Notes under the pieces: generated by a model | The model's database searches: none | Told to the model about the DNA's origin: nothing | Seen by the model: the letters and a program-made list of their open reading frames with translations, nothing else | Shown here: one piece after another, positions 11,154 through 23,800 of the stretch | Numbering within the stretch: position 1 is the stretch's first letter | Layout of the letters: every line of letters starts with the position of its first letter | Program-made: the position numbers and the translations under genes | NCBI GenBank assembly: GCA_020536535.1 | Contig: JAHLWZ010000167.1 | Coordinates: 1-39,224 of the forward strand | From: Pelomyxa schiedti | Taxonomy: Eukaryota; Protista; Evosea | Direction: 5' to 3' | DNA length: 39,224 nucleotides

Positions 11154-11656
11154 TGTATTGTCTTGGTTTTTTTTTCCTGCTGTTGTGTCGTGTCGGCACT
11201 CAACCCCCTTTGGTTTATTTTAGATTTCTTTTGGTTTCTGTTTTCACGAACGACCCTGTCTTTCGCTGGCGTTCAAATTTTCATTTTTTCAAGAACCCTT
11301 CGTAAACACTCCAGATCGAGAATCAGTGGATCTCGCAATGTGTTTGGCCAGAGTTGTTCGGCACTAGAGACTGAGGGTTGTGCTCATCACTTTCAAATCT
11401 AATTTCCAACAGCCCTCATCTGATAAAGTGAACTTTCCTCGAAAGGAACCAAAAATACCAAATCAACGTTTGATTCTTCGTTCCGAAAGGAAGGGCAAAA
11501 AAACCAACGACCCTCGCTCCACACGCATCGCGACGACGATACACCCGTAGATCCGACAGTGCAGCGTAACAATCGGAAGATCTCCGCATCAAGTCTGCGA
11601 CACAAACCCGACTAGCAAACGCCGTAGATCTCACGACTTAATTCTAAGTCTACGAT

Positions 11657-12471
11657 ATGACTGAACCCACGACGGTGGAGCTGATGGTTGTTGGGGAATC
11701 TGGGGCCGGCAAGACCTCGATTGTGACGTGCTACATTGCCGGAAAACCATCGTCGATGGCACTGACACCTGATGGTGAAGGATTCCACGCCAAGACTGCA
11801 AAAGTTGGCAAAAACAACGTTGTAGTCAAGGTATTTGGTCTATTGTTGTTCTTTGGGTACCCCAATGACTATTTTTTTCAGACTTGGGATTCTGCTGGGG
11901 AGGAGAAATTTGCCCTTGTCACTCTTTCTATATTTAAGAAATGCAAAGGTAACCCCAATCCCACGTTCCTTCCTTTTCTCATGGGTTATTTGTTTCAGGT
12001 TTCTTTATTGTATTTGACCTGTCTGACAACTACTCGTTCGAGTGTGTCACACAATGGCAAAAGCAGATAGAGAGATTTAACTTGGATCCCACGAGTCAAG
12101 TCTTTATTGTGGGAAACAAGAAAGATATCAAACCTGTTGTTTCACGAGAGCAGGCTCAAGACTACGCTGCCTCTGTCAATGCAACTTACTGGGAGGTGTG
12201 TTCAGGCTGTTATGTTACTATACTTACGTAATGTATACAAGAACAGTGATAAATTCTAATCTTTTCTCACGTCCTTTAGACATCCGCCGTTTCTGGTGAA
12301 AACATCGATGCAATGTTTGATACCATGGTGGAAAACGTTTTAAAGGCCGTGAACGAGAAGAAGGCAAAAGAGGATGCCGAAAAAGCGAAAGTAGACACAA
12401 AAAAACCAAAAAAGCAGGCACCACACAAAGCAAAGGGTGGCAAGAGTGGTGGTGGATGTTTACTTTTGTAA
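11657..12471 (+). CDS. Divergent Rab-like small GTPase with CaaX tail
   Basis: G1 GESGAGKT, G3 WDSAGEE, G4 GNKKD, G5 ETSA, C-terminus GGGCLLL*; three GT-AG introns. Confidence 0.9.
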
Positions 12472-12701
12472 ATTTACGATAGTGGTAAGTTTATCTAATT
12501 CTGGTCTATTTATGTATGAAAGCTAATCTGCTTTTAAGGCAGACTGTTAGTCTTTTGTGAAACTTTTGTTACATCTTTTTGGAATCACGCCTTGTACCAG
12601 TGGAATTGAATGGGTTGTCCTTGCTATTAACAATTTTTAAATGAACAACAAAAAAAACTTATTTTTTTATATACACATCTTTCTTGTCCTTTCAAAAACA
12701 A

Positions 12702-15507
12702 TTACCAAAACATCACCCTCACTCTCTTTTGGCATGCTTGTGAGGAATTTTGGTGTGAGACCAAGTCCAGTCTGCTGGGAAATGTTTCCCCACAGACTTT
12801 GCACATTACTTTGTAGTGTGGGCACACTGAGAGGTGTGAATTGATGTCATTTACAAACCCACAAATCAGAGGCTCAAACGGGCACAGCCTTCTCCTGTTG
12901 ATGTTGCCATTGTTGGTGTTCCCTCCTGGTGTTGTGTAATCAGGACAATTACAAATGGCACAGTGTGAGGTCCACTGCGGCCGCGGGATTGGTTTCCGGC
13001 AGGACTTGCATATGATGAGGTAGTAGTTACATTGAGAGAGGTGAATAAGAAGCTTGCTTCTGGGCATCACGAGCGGGCAGCCGTACCGGAAATTCGGGCA
13101 CTTTATTTCCGCGTAGTATGGAATAGGCTCTGACTGTAAGTCATCATCAGTGAGGGAAGGGGGTATTTCCAGGTCGGAACTTTGGGGTCCGGATTCCCTC
13201 GCCTTGCACCGGAGTTCTTGGATTCCTCCGCGCTCCTCTACAACGAGCAATTCGGTCTCCTCTAGTGATGGGGTGGAGCGCAGAATCCCTTTCAGTGTTG
13301 TTTGGCATGGTGCATTGTGGAGATTTTTTAGAACAGCCTTCGGAATCACACCCCAGCATATTTCATGTGACACATGCAGATGGGAGATTTTGCTCATTGC
13401 CGCATAGTTAATGGCAAGAACTCCAAGAGAGTTCCCGATGATCCGCACTTGCAGAAGTGGCTTTCCTGGTATTCCGGTATTCGGCAGTGTTATAGACTTG
13501 ATATTTCGATACAGGTTAAACAGCAAAAGGTTTTTCAGAGTTGTGACTTCCCCTAAATCCAGTATAACAGGCTCTTGGAACACTGACGGCAATCTGAGGC
13601 TTAGATGAGTTAATGCCGTCCACCTTTTGCTGAACTGTATAGGGGAACTTGATTCAGGTATGCTTAGATCGAGATGTCTGAGGGATGAGACTAAACTACT
13701 TTTTTCGTCCAATAAAATATCAGTCAGACTGTAACAGTCACATCGTAGACTTACCAGAGGAGGCAGTGGCAGAGAATTTGAGTAATTGGCGGTACTAAAG
13801 GCGTGGTTCATACAAGAATCTGCTGTATAGCGAGAATGTACGAGGGTGCGGAGATTGGAATGGGAAAGTATTTTAACGTGACGCAGGTTCTTGTGTGAAG
13901 AAAGGCAGCTCAATAGAGTCCATCTGGTAACAGAAGAGCACATTAAATTGAGAGATCTCAAGAAAGGAAGAATGGAGCAGATGTAAATCAAAAATTGATC
14001 AGAGTCTTCCCGATGGAAGTTGTAATCCAAAATAGTAACGTTATTTCTGACAGACAAGTCCCACGATTTGCACACCAGTCTGACGCATTTAAAAATACAG
14101 CTCTGGGGGAGGTGTTTAAGAATCTTCCGCCAGGCTAATTCAGGCAGAAAAGCAATAATTCCCATAGGTTCACAAGTAGGTGTGCTATCACATGAAGTTG
14201 ATGATTCCGGTGATTGCATATGCACTGTCTCACTTGGGTGTAGGTTCATGCATGAAGACACTTCAGGTGTTGATTCCAGCTCATCAATCTTCTGTCTAGC
14301 CTCCACGAGTTCGTTCAAGTCAGATAGAATGTCATTTATTTGTCGAACAGGATCTGGTGTCTGTTTTAGTTTTAACAAGGCTTCCAGGTGAACATTGGCA
14401 GATTCGCATCCACGATCTTCAGCTTGGAACTCGGTTGTTTTGAGGTCACTGTAGAGCCTAGGTGGAAGAGTGCATGTGTCCTGATGGACAGATGTAGTAG
14501 CTGATTGGGCAGATGCGATAGCTGGCTCTTGGTTGCCTTTGATCAGGGTCACAGTAGGCTCGGCAAGGGAAGTACACTTCTGTGGTGATTCTGTTAGCTG
14601 TTTGGTAGCACTCTCGTTAATGGAATTGATTTCGGGCTGCTGTGTAACTTAAGTGTGGGGCAAAGAGATAGGCAGGTACATCTCTCTTAATTTCCTCCTG
14701 TTCATGTACTTCTGGAGTCTGGTTACTTGCTGCTGTTTCGGGATTTACTCTATCAACTTGAAAATCTGGCTGATCGTGGAGAGGCACTGCTGATGTAAGA
14801 AGTGCTTGCTTTTCGTTATGCAGTGCTGATTGTGCAGGTGGCAAGGAATTCTGATCCGCTTGTACTCTGGCCTGTACATACACCGGAGGCAGCTGTGATG
14901 GAGGGGCCTGCTGTGGTTCAGCAGCCAGAGCTGAGTCACAGGCAGGGTTACCAGGAGTGTGAACGTTGTGAGGTTGCTCTGGAGAGAGCTGTGATTGTAG
15001 TGGGGAATTTTGTACAGAATGAGGGTGTTCCTGTGCAGAGTGAGACCTGGGGGGCTCGTTTTGCACGGAGCTCTGGTCTTGCACAGGCCTTGGTGGTGTG
15101 GAGTTCCTTTTTGTTGTCAAGGTCCGCGGTGCATGTGCCTTGCAGAAAAAACGGCCCTCAACAAGCCCAGCACACTTACCCACCGTAAGAGGCGTTCGGC
15201 ACTACCTCATCATATCAGAAATCCAACATGCATATATTATATATATCTATATAAAAACGAGGAAAAAAAAAACCAAAACCAAAACCAAAACCAAAACCAA
15301 AACCAAAACCAAAACACCCACCCATAATAGCCACCAACAACAACAAACCTGACCACATGTGAAACAGCGTTTGTGAGCCAGACAGGTGTTGTAGGCCACT
15401 TTCTCGGCGTCGTAGACTCTGCCTCCACAGCAACAACAGCACTGCTTGGTCACGACCACAGCGGACGTGGCTTTGGGCCCAGTCCCAACCCTCACCGCCG
15501 ACGTCAT
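12702..15507 (-). CDS. LIM + F-box + LRR-like + TRAF-type zinc-finger protein
   Basis: Spliced LIM CCCCGGRVYDAEK..HKRCFTCGQ|CRTPL..FFCKAH; F-box FLPELAWRKILKHL..VRLVCKSW; TRAF-like zinc fingers CPNFRYGC..HLSQC and CPFEPLIC..HLSVC. Two inferred introns join three ORF-track pieces. Confidence 0.75.
15269..15315. repeat. (AAAACC)7 microsatellite, intronic
   Basis: Seven perfect AAAACC units plus a partial unit, inside intron 1 of the LIM/F-box gene. Confidence 0.95.
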
Positions 15508-15752
15508 TCACTGCACGATTACAACCCCCAACTCCAATGCAGACACGCCAAACGCGGTGATGGGAAAAAACTGGCGAAAAAAACAAGCTGACGGCTCCCT
15601 TTGGTCCTTCGTGTCGCGTCGTTCGTTGATGAAAAGAAAACCTTCCGTAAGAGAAAAAAGGAAAAGACAAAATCCATCAAATCCATTTTGTGAAGGAGCC
15701 GGAGTGAGTGACCGGGTTTCGGAGTGGTACTCTCGGTAGGATAGAATTAAAA

Positions 15753-17537
15753 ATGTGGGTCGGCCTCGCGATTGTGGGAGGCTACGTCGTGGTTGCCTCG
15801 TTGGTGATTTACACGTTGTTGTGTGGGCAGAGCGAATTTCACAGGGGCGGTGTCATTGGTTGGCTGCACACTTTTTTGACGTCGTCGATATGGTCTTGGC
15901 TGCAGTTTGTGTCCCATAATCCTCTTGCCAACACAACCCCCCTCCCTTATTCTGTACCCCTTTGATTTTCGTTTTTTCGCCAAATTAAAGTCTGTTAGCC
16001 AAGACATTTTACTTTACATCGTTTTTCTTTCTAGTTGAACATAGTTTTATTTAACTTGGAACCAACACTAATTAAGGAGAGTAATTACAAGACTCCTTGG
16101 AAAGAGAGTAGTTGCATTTTTTAACCCATGTGTGGACTGGTGCTGCTACAAACCAAATCCTTTCATGCAGGTGTGTACTTTGGGTAACCCACACCCGTTT
16201 CATCTACTGTAAAGATAGTTTATGCTACTTTCGTGCTTGGAGGCTTTGCCATATTCCTACGTGACGCATTTCCTTTGTTGGATGACAAATACCTCTCTTC
16301 CTACCACAGGTTAGTGTTGAAATAAAAATTTGTTCTCTCAGCAGCGTTAAAGACTTGGGGCTTTCTTTGCTGTCGGTTCCACAATGGCAGTTTTCGCATA
16401 TGTTTCATTTTGTGATCCTGGTTACCTTACATGCCTTTATGAGATTACAAATAATTATTTATAGGAATAGTGACATCAAAGAATTTAGAAAAGTACAACA
16501 CTTGGCCTTATGATAATGTTATCTACAATGAGAAGCATTGCGCAACGTGCAAAATAATCAGGTTGCTGCATGCTATTTCTTTTTGTGGTGCTTACATTAC
16601 ACAGACCAGCGAGGTCTAAACACTGTTCAATGTGCAATGTTTGTGTAGCATGCCATGATCACCATTGCCCGTATAGATTAAATTCCTTGTCTCTGCACTA
16701 ATGACAAAGAGGTGGGTCAACAACTGTATTGGCGAACGCAATGCCCGGTGGTTTCTGTTGTTCTTGTTGTTCACAGCTTTATTGTGCACATATTGCACTT
16801 ACTTGGCATACTACGCAATGAAAGGAATTGCTATAGAGTGCGATCTAGTAAACCAACAAACTGAGTAACATACTTCAGGCAGAAACTTTTTACTAAACCC
16901 ATGTATGTCCGTACAACCGGTGGTGTAAAACCACTTAACTTTGGAATGATATTACAGGTTTTTCCTTTCTACAAAACCTAAAATGCTCACAGTGCCCAAC
17001 ACCAACTCAAAAACCAAACCAGTACATGATCCTCCAAGTGGGATTGCTATTCCCTCTCGGTCTGTTTTGTGGAGTGATAGCCATTGTGATGTACTGCTTC
17101 TTTGGTTTCCAGTTTTGGCATGTGGTTCGTGGAACCACCACCAATGAGACATTCAAATGGGAATCCGCCAGAATAACCCAAAAGCGTGAATGGAAGTGCG
17201 TAGGTCTCAAACTCAACAATAATATCGCAGTAATACACATACAATACAAGCACACAAACAACAAACGTATAAAATCACACGAGAGGGGAAACCAAAAACC
17301 AAAAAGCCTAATGTGCAAATAGATAGATAGGACTTCTCAAACTAAAACATTCACAGGGAACAAGGAAACACCGGGAGGCCGCCTGATCTAACAAATATCT
17401 ACAACCGGGGATTCACTGCGAATGTTATCAACATGGCGTTCCCTCCATCCACGAGGTCTCGCTCCCGATTGTCTGGTCCTCAGTCCTCAGGGGGCAAGCC
17501 ACACCGAAAAAGCTCCAAGCACACAAGAGCAGATTGA
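15753..17537 (+). CDS. DHHC palmitoyltransferase (Swf1/ZDHHC4-like), multi-exon
   Basis: [54 protein letters not shown] and several transmembrane segments. Confidence 0.92.
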
Positions 17538-17727
17538 AGGAAGGGCTTCCTTTTCGGAATGCGAGATTCCGAATCTCGTGGTGATTGTGCTGTTAAATTT
17601 GGAGGACCAATTTACGCAATTGCCTCATCTGATTTCTTAAATCAATTCTTGATTACTTTCTCATTTTTTTTTTCAATTCAACAACTAGCAACACACTAGC
17701 GGTACCGCTGATCTAGTCTTAACGAAC

Positions 17728-18006
17728 ATGTAAGCGCTTCCATTTTCGGCGTACAAGTTGCGTGTCGAACAATATACTAAACGTGGTTTTAGGGGCAAAC
17801 AAAAAGACGGAAATACCAAGGCCACCAAGGCATCTGCTGACAAGCCATACGTTACCAAGGTTTTTTTCTTTAGAGTTTTTCACTCCAAAAAACCGACACT
17901 TACCGCTCCATAGCAACAAAAGAATGCTGGTAAATCGGCCAAGCAAAAGAAGGAGGAAATGAAGGCCAAGAGAGCCGCCAAGGCCACTGGTGATTCCAAG
18001 TTCTAA
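17728..18006 (+). CDS. 50-aa Lys/Ala-rich microprotein, 3 exons
   Basis: AT|GTAAGC intron 17730-17792 and intron 17860-17922 give MGKQKDGNTKATKASADKPYVTKNAGKSAKQKKEEMKAKRAAKATGDSKF*; strong AAG/GCC codon bias. Confidence 0.7.
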
Positions 18007-18201
18007 GCCGCGAACGATAATGCAAATAGCCTCAATTCAGTTGTTACCATTGTAAGTGTTGCGCCCCAGCCCAAAGAAAAAAAAATAGAATCCGAAGTTC
18101 CTCCTTTCATCTCACACTTAACAATTGCATCTGTGAACCAACTTAGTTCCTTCTCTTATCATTCCGTACGAACGTTGTTCACTTTCAAGTAACAAAGTAA
18201 C

Positions 18202-20835
18202 ATGTCGTCTGTCGATCTACATTGTTGCATATGCCTTTCTGAGGTAGCCAAGGATGCCGTGTCGCTCTCGTGCGGTCACATTTGTTGCCTCTTGTGCGCC
18301 CAGTGCCGGCACCAGTCGGCCTCTGCCCTCGACTTCCTCCTCCGCAGCCGCCCCCCGCAGCCGTCGACCCCTTCGGCCTCCTCCTCCTCCTCCTCCGCCG
18401 CGGCCGCCCCTCCGCCTCCTCCGAACAAGGCACCCTCCGCGGCCGGCAGCACCGACGTGGGCCCGCCCATCGTGTGCCCAGTGTGCCTGGCCCCCACGTC
18501 CCCGCCGTTCAGCCCGGCCGAGGAGGCGCGGGCGCGGGCGGCGGAGATCGAGCTGCAGGCGGCCCAGCCCAAGGCCTGCGCGTTCTGCGGGCAGCCGGCC
18601 GCGGTCCTGTGCGAGGCCTGCAGCACCCTGTGTGCCGAGCACGACTCGTTCCTGCACTCGCGGGGCCCGTTCGTGTCTCACTCCCGACGTAAGTTGGACA
18701 TGGGCACGCGGCCTGATTCGCAGCAGGGGACGCAGAATGGAGGGAATTGTGGGAGGACCCCGGCTGCCGTGGTTGTGGTGGATAGGCCTATGATGTGTTT
18801 GGAGCATGGAAAGGAAGCTGATTTGTTCTGCAGCAAAGAAAAGGTGTTGGTGTGTGCTCATTGCTTGCTCACTGGGTCGCATAAGGGCCACGAGTACAGT
18901 GCTGTGAAGCAGGCGGCCGAGGTGGCTAGGAAAGAAATTTCGGAGAACTCTGTGGCAATTACCAAGAAAGCTGCCAACATCAATGAAATGTCAGGTGCAT
19001 TGACAAGAAATTTCGCCGAGGCAAAACAGGTACTCCCAAAATAAATAACCTGACTGTAGTTTTTAAAAAACCCAAGGAAAGGGAAATCCGGATAGCACAA
19101 GTGAAATCTTTTTTCTCTCAAGCTCATCAAATATTAGATACTGTTGAGGCTGAAAAGCTGGCAGATATCGCCAATAACACAAAGCCAATGGGTGTGTTTC
19201 CTTGGTTTGCTTGTAAATGTCTCAAATATGTTTAGAGCAAAGCTTAGCTAAGCAAATTGAAAGCTGTGATTCATTAAAGTTGGAATTGGAGCGGATAGGG
19301 GAAACAGTTACTTCTATTTTGAGAAGTGGATCTGATAGGGTGTGCCTAGCCCTTTGGGGATATGTTGACCATTTGGCAAAGTCCTTGTGTCCTTTAGGCA
19401 CTGTGGTAGAACCTTATAACGAACAAACGGGACTCGCAGTATCAACTGAAGAAAGTATGACCAAACAATTTGCCTCGTTGTGCTGCATTGAGACTTCCCA
19501 CGAACTGCAAAAAAGAAGAGAAGAAACCAAGAAACAGGAAGAAGAACAACGGAGGAAAACAGAAAGAGAAATAGAGGAGAGAGAGAGATTAATAGCTGAG
19601 AGAAGAGAAAGAGAAATGAGAGAAAGAGAAATAAGAGAAATGAAAGAAATGAGAGAAAGAGAAATGAGAGAAAGAGAAACGAGAGAAAGAGAAATGAAAG
19701 AAATGAGAGAAATGAGAGAAATGAGAGAAAGAGAAATGAAAGAAATGAGAGAAAGAGAAATGAGAGAAAGAGAAATGAGAGAAAGAGAAATGAGAAAAAG
19801 AGAGATAAGAGAAGAAAAAGAGAGAGAAAGAAGAAAAGAGGAAGAAGAAAGGAGGAAAAGAGATGGGGAGATGCAAAAAATAACTGGCAACATACACAAG
19901 CTCACGAGCCATGAGAGTGGCATAACCGTTGGCTTCCAGAACACTCACGATGGTGGTGCGGCGTGGGACCAGTCAAGGAGGCTCTTGTTTGCCCTCTACG
20001 GCGAAGACAACATGGGTAAGGACCTACACGTGACCAAAGTAGATGCGACCGGCCGCGGAGCATCAGTCAAGCACCCCAACAAGATACCATTCAATACACA
20101 CGGCGCATACCCAGTGTTTGATGGCGACACCCGCGTTTATGTGTTTGAAAGCGAATCGGGTTCATGCAACAGGTTCGGGTTCATACACGTGGAGACACTG
20201 GCGTTCACTGAGCTGGCGCCGCTTACTGGTGGGCGATTCTCCGAGTACAGCAGCCCTGTTTGCACGGCGGGGTTTGTGTTTGCAGTGTGTGGAACTGGTC
20301 TCACTGTGTGGAGGTACAACCCACAGGTCAGTTCGTTGCACTCCCCGATAACAACCTGAATTATGTTGACCCCACAACAAAACAAACGGCACTTATTTAG
20401 GGCAACGCATGGACCAAGACGGGACTCTCATTTGCCGAGAACGCGAGGCTGCTCGTTGACCACAGGTCACCACGTGTGCTGTGGGCCATCACACACAGTG
20501 GCAAGCTTATATCGTGTGATGCGCCCATCGACGACGGCACGCCAGCCAAGACGGAGCACGGCACCAGGCCCAATGGGTACGGCCTCGGTGCCAACTACGA
20601 GGCTTTTGTGGTGCCAGTGGGTGTTGGCAACAGCTCCCTACTTTTCACCTCCAAGGGCGACCAGTGGCAGGTGTACAACACTGGCTTCAAAACGTGGACT
20701 GCTGTTCCTGGTCTAATTGTTTGTGGTGGCAGTGGAGGACACGGCTGGTACGACTCTGGCACCAAGAACTTGTACGTGCAAACAATAGGTCTTGGCGTAT
20801 TGCACTGTGCCTCTCTCCACAGTCTCCTGCCCTGA
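18202..20835 (+). CDS. Second TRIM-like protein: RING, B-box, B-box, coiled coil, E/R/M repeat, putative beta-propeller
   Basis: RING CCIC..CGHICCLLC..CPVC; B-boxes CAFC..CEAC..CAEHD..H and CLEH..FC..VCAHC..HKGH; beta-rich C-terminus. Introns near 19031-19139, 19192-19235 and 20327-20400. Confidence 0.8.
19597..19800 (+). repeat. Coding purine-rich tandem repeat (AGAGAAATG / AGAGAAAGAGAAATG units) encoding (REREM/REM)n
   Basis: Directly visible 9- and 15-nt units in frame. Confidence 0.9.
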
Positions 20836-20881
20836 GCCCAAAACAAAAAACAAACTTCTAAAGCACCACAACTTGTCGGAA

Positions 20882-23800
20882 ATGAAGAGATTCGTGGCGA
20901 GTCTTACAAACAAGGTGTCGTCGGCACCCGGCAAGAAAACGACCACGGTCGGCACACAACAACAGCGACCACATGCGCCGCAGCAACAGCAGCAACACGC
21001 GCACTCGCCGTACTCGCCCGGCGTCGCGGCTGCATCTGCTCCCACTGCCACGACACCAACGGGGCACACGACGACTACGAGTGGGAGTGGAGGGGCGGCG
21101 GCGGACGAATCTGTTGCCGTGCCTGATAGATTCTCGGTGGCGCATCTCAAGTGAGCGTGGTGAATGGGCGTCATTCATTTTGTGTTGTTTTGTTCGGTGG
21201 CGTCTAGTTGGTGTTTTATTAACTTGTGGGATGGGGGCGGCGTGGGGAAACCCCAAAATAACAATAAAAAAAACCCAAATGCAGTGAGCTGTATCAGTTT
21301 TTTTCGAACAATAGGACTGTTGGGCCATCAAACTGTATACAAATCGTGGAGGCAATGAGGGATTTGGCTGAGGTCCTCACCTGGGGTGATCAGCACAACC
21401 CTCTTTTTTTCCAGTAAGTTGTCTTCTTTTATGCATCACAGAGTAATTATAAATACTTTTTCCTGCAGCTTTTTCTTGGAGAAGAAGATGATGGACTTCC
21501 TTTTTGATTTGGCACAGCAACAAACAGGCTACAGAGCAGTGAAAATACAACTGCTTCAGAGCCTCAGTATTTTAATTGATAACATCAGGGAGCCTGATTC
21601 CCGATGTATAACAATCTTTTACTATAATTTCTCGGACTAAGTAGTAATTAGATTTCCTTCTTTCCAGTAATTATCTCAATCGGATGGTCATCTCCAATCA
21701 CTATGACTTTGATGATACTGAAATGCTTGCATACTACATTTCTTTTCTCAAGTTATTATCAATGAAGTTGGACGCTCAATGCATTCACTTGTTTTTTGAT
21801 GAGGTGCCATTCTCTAGCCTTTTCGAGCCTTTTCATTTCCTGAGCAGATGACAAACGATTTTCCATTGTACACAGAAGCAATCAAGTTTTTCAACCACCG
21901 AGACAGCATGGTCCGAATTGCAGTGCGAGTTCTGACTTTAAATGTATTCAAAGGTCTTGTTCCTCAGAGTTTATGAAATTTTACTGATGGACAATACCAG
22001 TTGAGTATAGACCACTACAAAAATTCGTGTTGTCTCCCGTGGTTCCATATTTTCATAACCTTGTCTGGTTCCTAAGAAGGCAGACGTACACACTGAATAG
22101 TTTTGTGGATAAGAAAACGTACTTCCCATACCATGCTTAGCATCTATTTATTAACTTTCATTTCAGTCCACAGGCAATTGCCAGAGTTGACTCTTTTTTT
22201 TCGGAAGTGATGGATAATTTCAGTTATGTCCAGGATGTATTCAACCTAAACAGTGAGGCTTTGAGTGTTACTTTGTCAACCCATGTGTTTGAAAAACTTG
22301 TTCTTCCTCAGATGATTGCATCACTTCTTCCAATGACCGTAGTGGAGGTGTTTGGCTACGTTATGGAATTCAAACATTCTTACTTTATTGACAGGATAGA
22401 CTTCTACCATTAACGGCCCTTTCACTCCTGTCTCTAATTCTGTTTGTATTCAAAACTGGGCCAGTACTCAATTTGTTGGCGGATTTCATGTTCCATCCCT
22501 TGCCAAAGATTAAGCCAGCCTCAAATGTATCGTCCAAACTTTTTAACCACAGATCTCTGACACTTGTTGTATTTCTTTGCATCTGATTGTCCCTCCTCTT
22601 CTTTTCCTGTGTCCTTGTAATTAATTGCTGTATTGTCTTGTGGCAAATGTTGGGAGGGATGGGAAGGGAAAAGAAAAGCCACCTTATGAGCTTGGACCTG
22701 GCAATTTTTTCAGAAAAATATTTCTGAAGTACATAGGCACAGATGACGCCACCACTTTCGCTACTGAATGTGCAATCTACAGTTTCATTAAAAATCCTGG
22801 TTGGACTGATGGAACTTGCCTTATATGAACTCATTTGAATATAAAATAGCTGCAGATAAGACACTACTCGATGAAGCGGGATTACTCCCTTTGTATAAAT
22901 CAAGAGCCAAATCTATTCTGGTTGTCGACTTTTCAACTCTAAATCAATCTCTGTTCGTTTAATATGCCTCCAACTGAACAGGATTTTTTGACACACGAAA
23001 CCAAAGGTGCCTCATCCGTTCTCGACACAGAAGAATTTGCAATTACAATGGAACCACCTAGCCCCTCCATCATAGCTTTAAGAGCAAAGCAGAATTTCCC
23101 GAATTTTACTTTGACATTCCTGTCTGAAACCGAGGCTGTGACAGTACCCACAGACAATAAAACAATTCCCAACTTGTCACTGAATGAACCTCCCACAACT
23201 CCAAATTCTGCCACAGTGCAGTCTTCAAACAAGCCAACTCTGTCACCCCAGCAAATGGAGGCCACTGTTCAAACTTCTGTTGAAGTTTTAAAACCCAGCA
23301 GTGACCAGGAATCGACAGCAAGTATTGCGGCTTTAGCTGATCAGCAAATTCTTGTATCAAATATCTCCGAATTGAGTGGTGACCAGGCAGAACCGCAGAC
23401 ACAAATACAAGATCACAGTAACCAAAACGTTGAGCAACCAACCGAGCCAGTCGATGATGATGATGAGTTTGTTGTGCTTGAGATTCCACACAAATGCCAG
23501 CAAGATAACACAACGGTCACTGCAAAGGACGGTGAAGGGCAGAGTCAACTCCATATGCCAAGCCAGCCCATTGGAAATACGTTCTGCACAAATCATGAAA
23601 TCGTGGAAGCCACGAAGAAATTTTCAGAATTGTCATTGGTACCAAACTTCATCGAGGAACTGGTTGATCGGCTTCTTTCAGTTCTTTTTTATAGTTGTAA
23701 TTACAGGTTTTTTTCCCATCTTCGTTCCCTTTTCTTTTTTTGAGTGTCATTTTAGAATAGTTACACTTCAGATGACTATTATGCTGCTCAAAGAGCTTGT

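Noticed and set aside
15269-15315. Telomere or interstitial telomeric repeat
   Set aside because: Only seven units inside an intron; a simple microsatellite is sufficient.
19414-19948. Antisense ORFs rich in SLISL / FSHFS
   Set aside because: Shadows of the purine-rich coding repeat on the + strand.
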